From IMG/VR virus record IMGVR_UViG_2690316344_000014: a stretch of 31,116 bases of DNA; one strand, 5' to 3'. A program made the translations under genes and the position numbers. The notes beneath the pieces were generated by a model that was not told where the DNA came from, did no database searches, and worked only from the letters and a program-made list of their open reading frames with translations. This DNA comes from a virus. Its lineage: Duplodnaviria; Heunggongvirae; Uroviricota; Caudoviricetes. Below are positions 27,858 to 31,116 of this stretch, in pieces. Positions within the stretch are counted from its first letter, which is position 1, and each line of letters starts with the position of its first letter.

Positions 27858-28371
27858 AGACTCTGGAACTCCTTTCTCAAAAATTCAACATGAGGACGCT
27901 TCGGTCGCACATCAATCTTAACCATTAGATTATGAAATTGTGTTAGGTCTGGGTCAAACTATGAACAAAAACAGAAAAAATTATTGTGACGTTATTTAGG
28001 GGGACCTACAATGACACATTTTAAACAATTACTTTAATATCAATAAATTGGATCGTATTACTGTGTTCCTATTATTGGTTTAGCTCAGCTTGTCGCTCAC
28101 AGCGGACCTTCAGCTCGATAGCAAGTCCGCTCCGTTGGAGTGCCAGATGCGCTCTAAATTTGATGGCTAGTATTGAAGAGATACTTGGGCATCATGGTTA
28201 TGGTGTAAATACCGTCTGTGATACCCGCAGAGGTGCTAGGTTTAGGCACTGAGAAGGATACATTGAACATGAATTCAGAGTGATGTAACACAAGTCATAG
28301 AAAATTAGTGATTTATATTGAAAAGGGGGCTATTTTATTAAAGCAAGGCCGCCTTTAGGCAGCCTCTTATT

Positions 28372-29049
28372 TTACATGTAGATATTCATTAAACTGTCAA
28401 ATAGTCTTTTGGTTAACTCTTTTTCCGCTCGTGCTTCGATTTGAGCCATACCATTTCGGAAGAGTTTTAATTTACCGCTAAATTCTTGGTCATGAATAGT
28501 ACATGTCAATCGATCAAGTCTCATTTTTTTGTGAATAAGCTCATCTTTGAAATATTTTTTAAGATCGCTGGTACTATTAATTTGCATCTTGGCAAGAGCA
28601 AATTCAGCAACTTGAATTTGAGATACATCTAGTTGCACTATATTAAGTGTCAACTCTGTGTTTAAAGAACTGAACCATATGAACGGGTCAATCTCAATCT
28701 CTTCTAAGCTGGTACCAAGACCAAGGTTTTTTACCAGTGCCTGAGCAAATGGTTTAAGTGTTCTCGGTGGATTATCAATAAGTAAAACTGGGGTGTATTG
28801 TTCGTCAAAACTGAAAGATGTTACTCTATATTCAATGCGTTCAACAGCGGTACTGTTGCCGTATAGATTACTTATTCTATCTTCGCTAATTATCTTTTCG
28901 ATGAAGCGAGCGTGAAAATGAGATGTTCGTGATTTATCAAATATAAACCCTTTCCCTTTCTCTTCAGTAAAAGGATCACGCATGAGTTTTTCAACTGTTT
29001 CACTAGTAGTGAAACGATTGTTGAGTTTAATCCATTTAAATTTTTTCAT
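28372..29049 (-). CDS. hypothetical protein, gene C of a coupled three-gene operon
   Basis: 225-aa ORF whose start overlaps the last 14 nt of the upstream gene. AT-rich; no recognisable motif. Confidence 0.6.
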   Translation of the reverse strand: MKKFKWIKLNNRFTTSETVEKLMRDPFTEEKGKGFIFDKSRTSHFHARFIEKIISEDRISNLYGNSTAVERIEYRVTSFSFDEQYTPVLLIDNPPRTLKPFAQALVKNLGLGTSLEEIEIDPFIWFSSLNTELTLNIVQLDVSQIQVAEFALAKMQINSTSDLKKYFKDELIHKKMRLDRLTCTIHDQEFSGKLKLFRNGMAQIEARAEKELTKRLFDSLMNIYM

Positions 29050-30115
29050 GCTCTTCCACCTTTTTACCCGTCACGATATTATAGGCGTCTGCTGCTGACT
29101 GTTCAATTAGTAGGCTGATTTTCTTCTTTTCAACTTCATTTGCTGCACGAATAGTAACATTGTATCCACTACCTTTTTGGTTATTGATTCCTTTAATTTG
29201 ATAGGAAAAATCAGAGCAATTTTCTGAATCCTTAAAGAAAGCTTCAACCAAAATCCTGTCTCCTATTCCGTTTTTAGGTTTAGCAGACCAAGCAATTCTT
29301 CCAATATAGTATCCTTTGTTATGTAGTTGGGTGAAAATAGCAGAACTATTAACAGAATCACCTTTTAGAACCGCTTTTTTTACGAATCCTGTCTCGATTT
29401 CTTCTTCTTCCTCGTCATCACCTTTGCTTGTTGAACGGTTAAGCTCTACATTAGTAACGTCGTCAATTTCATATCCACTCAAGCCGCCCATAACCTCTTG
29501 AAAAAACTGACTTCTTAGCGCTGGTGTAGGAATCGCTTCTAAAGAAATTTCAAACTTTTCAACATCAACGGATTTAATCTTTGACAACTCTTTTTGTAAT
29601 AGTGTTATTACATCTTTAGCCTTTTGGTTCTGAGGCATACGAATATCAACATTATCGTTATTTACAGTAAGATCAATCTTGATGTTTCGGTTGTCTATCT
29701 GACGCAATGCTGTTCTGGACAAGTCTACTTCTTGGTAGTTTACCTCGATTGCTAAAGACCCATCTTTTTTCGCAGTGATTTTTACTGTTTCACCAGAGCC
29801 AGTGGCTAATTTTCTTTTAACTAACTCTGCTGCTGTTTTTAATTCCGTCTGAGAGGATGATGCTTGAAGCTTGACGCTAGTTATACTCTCTCTTTTATCA
29901 TAAGTTTGTACAAGTTCCTTAATAGAATCTAGATCACTATATCCCTGAGGTAGTTTGCAAACCTCTTCAATTAATTCCTCCTTTGTTAAGTCTTGAGCAA
30001 CAATAATACCTTTCCGTAATAATATCTCGCGTAATCTTGCGATGGTAATTCGTTTATGATGAAGTGCATCATATATATTTTTGTCAGTTGCGAAATAAAT
30101 ATTCATGTTATTCAT
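29036..30115 (-). CDS. hypothetical protein, gene B of a coupled three-gene operon
   Basis: 359 aa with an acidic stretch (GDDEEEEEIE). Its ATG overlaps the upstream stop by 1 nt (TAATG). No family recognised. Confidence 0.6.
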   Translation of the reverse strand: MNNMNIYFATDKNIYDALHHKRITIARLREILLRKGIIVAQDLTKEELIEEVCKLPQGYSDLDSIKELVQTYDKRESITSVKLQASSSQTELKTAAELVKRKLATGSGETVKITAKKDGSLAIEVNYQEVDLSRTALRQIDNRNIKIDLTVNNDNVDIRMPQNQKAKDVITLLQKELSKIKSVDVEKFEISLEAIPTPALRSQFFQEVMGGLSGYEIDDVTNVELNRSTSKGDDEEEEEIETGFVKKAVLKGDSVNSSAIFTQLHNKGYYIGRIAWSAKPKNGIGDRILVEAFFKDSENCSDFSYQIKGINNQKGSGYNVTIRAANEVEKKKISLLIEQSAADAYNIVTGKKVEEHEKI

Positions 30116-31116
30116 TAACGTTGCTCCATGCCTATAGCTTCAAGACTATATTGAATTACCATTGCAGCTGTTTTTTCGAATGCAACTTTTGAAAACAAAC
30201 GTTCACTTTCGCCTGATAGCCAATGGGCACTATATTTTTGCTTTGCTCTTTCAAAGTGATGAATGGAGTCTTCATGCGGATTTATATGACAATGTCTAAT
30301 TTTTATTCTTTTTGCATCAGTCAGTATTTGATAATTAGAAAGCATGTCAAGGAAATAGATGAACTCATCTTCACTATTCCCTGGTTGATTATAATAAATT
30401 ACGTAACCACTATCTTCTTTTTCACCCATCCAATCGAATTCTTCATGCTTTATTATTATGAATGGTGATGTTAAGACCTCAACAGTAGCTGCAGTCTTAT
30501 TGTTGATAGGATGTTTTATCCTAGTTAGTGCTAAGTCTGGGTAATAGAAATAGTACAAATCTGGTTGAGGTAAAGCCCCGGTACCAATAAGCATTTTAAT
30601 ATCTGATGCTATATTTATCATATCGGATATTTTGAATGGATCTAAAAGGTGTAATTTTATGTTTGGGGGGCATTTTATTATTTCAGGGTCGACTTTCTTC
30701 ATCACGGATGAGTAAAAATCCTTGTCATAAAGGTTGTCATGATTATAGAGAAATAATAAACCTCGAACTTTGTAACCTAATGACTCATCCCGCACATATC
30801 GTTTACACCACTGTTGGCTAATGTTGGCGCATTCTGTAGCGAGAGCTAAAGAAGAAAGTGCACCTTCTACCATCCCTTTGCCGATACTACTTTGAGCATA
30901 GCTTTTGAGGTCTGTGTTCAAGTACACAATCTCTTCTTCATAAGGATCGGTATAGTAAAACACCACATCGCTAGGATGTGTTTTTTTGTCATGAGCCTCT
31001 AGGTCGCAATCCCAGTTCATATCTTGACTAGTAGCTCGTTGCCATTTGAAAATTTTAAAAATATCTTGGGTTATCTTATTTGCAACATGCTGTATTGAAG
31101 AGGTCTCTCCGCCCAT
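30115..31116 (-). CDS. hypothetical protein, gene A of a coupled three-gene operon; possible PD-(D/E)xK nuclease-like motif; start at or beyond the window edge
   Basis: At least 333 aa. The ORF reaches the last base of the window, where an ATG lies. A hydrophobic strand ending in Asp (DVVFYYTD57) is followed by EIVYLNTD69-L-K71, a pattern like restriction-endonuclease-fold motifs II/III. Confidence 0.55.
   Translation of the reverse strand: MGGETSSIQHVANKITQDIFKIFKWQRATSQDMNWDCDLEAHDKKTHPSDVVFYYTDPYEEEIVYLNTDLKSYAQSSIGKGMVEGALSSLALATECANISQQWCKRYVRDESLGYKVRGLLFLYNHDNLYDKDFYSSVMKKVDPEIIKCPPNIKLHLLDPFKISDMINIASDIKMLIGTGALPQPDLYYFYYPDLALTRIKHPINNKTAATVEVLTSPFIIIKHEEFDWMGEKEDSGYVIYYNQPGNSEDEFIYFLDMLSNYQILTDAKRIKIRHCHINPHEDSIHHFERAKQKYSAHWLSGESERLFSKVAFEKTAAMVIQYSLEAIGMEQR

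Overview
The window holds two adjacent mobile regions separated by a 49-bp 3' fragment of a tRNA-Thr(CGU) gene at 18195-18243. (1) 1-18194 is a defective DLP12-like lambdoid prophage. Read on the minus strand it runs tfa, a chimeric terminase-A/side-tail-fibre ORF, nu1, cos, then (bor on plus), Rz/Rz1, lysozyme, holin, an intact nmpC porin moron (plus), Q, ylcG, rusA, ybcO, ninE, ybcN, ybcM, ybcL, ybcK and a truncated emrE. A partial IS2 joins this to a lambda-like early-left block on the plus strand: gam 3' end, bet, exo, orf61/63/60a, a TraR-like zinc-finger gene, xis and int. All head/tail genes and the whole immunity/replication region are missing. (2) 18244-31116 is a visibly AT-rich island: a second tyrosine integrase, a polytopic membrane protein, a TrbJ-TrbK-TrbL fragment, a TraJ/MobC-like gene next to an IncP (RP4)-type oriT, an AlpA-like gene, a dense array of palindromes, direct repeats and homopolymer tracts, an orphan HigA-like HTH gene, and five co-directional minus-strand genes I cannot assign to any family. 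The best candidate for an undescribed system is the translationally coupled three-gene operon at 28372-31116, with a possible PD-(D/E)xK nuclease signature in its first gene; a HEPN-like Rx4H protein and a 420-aa zinc-ribbon protein lie just downstream. All homology calls are from reading the translations against remembered sequences; no database search was run.
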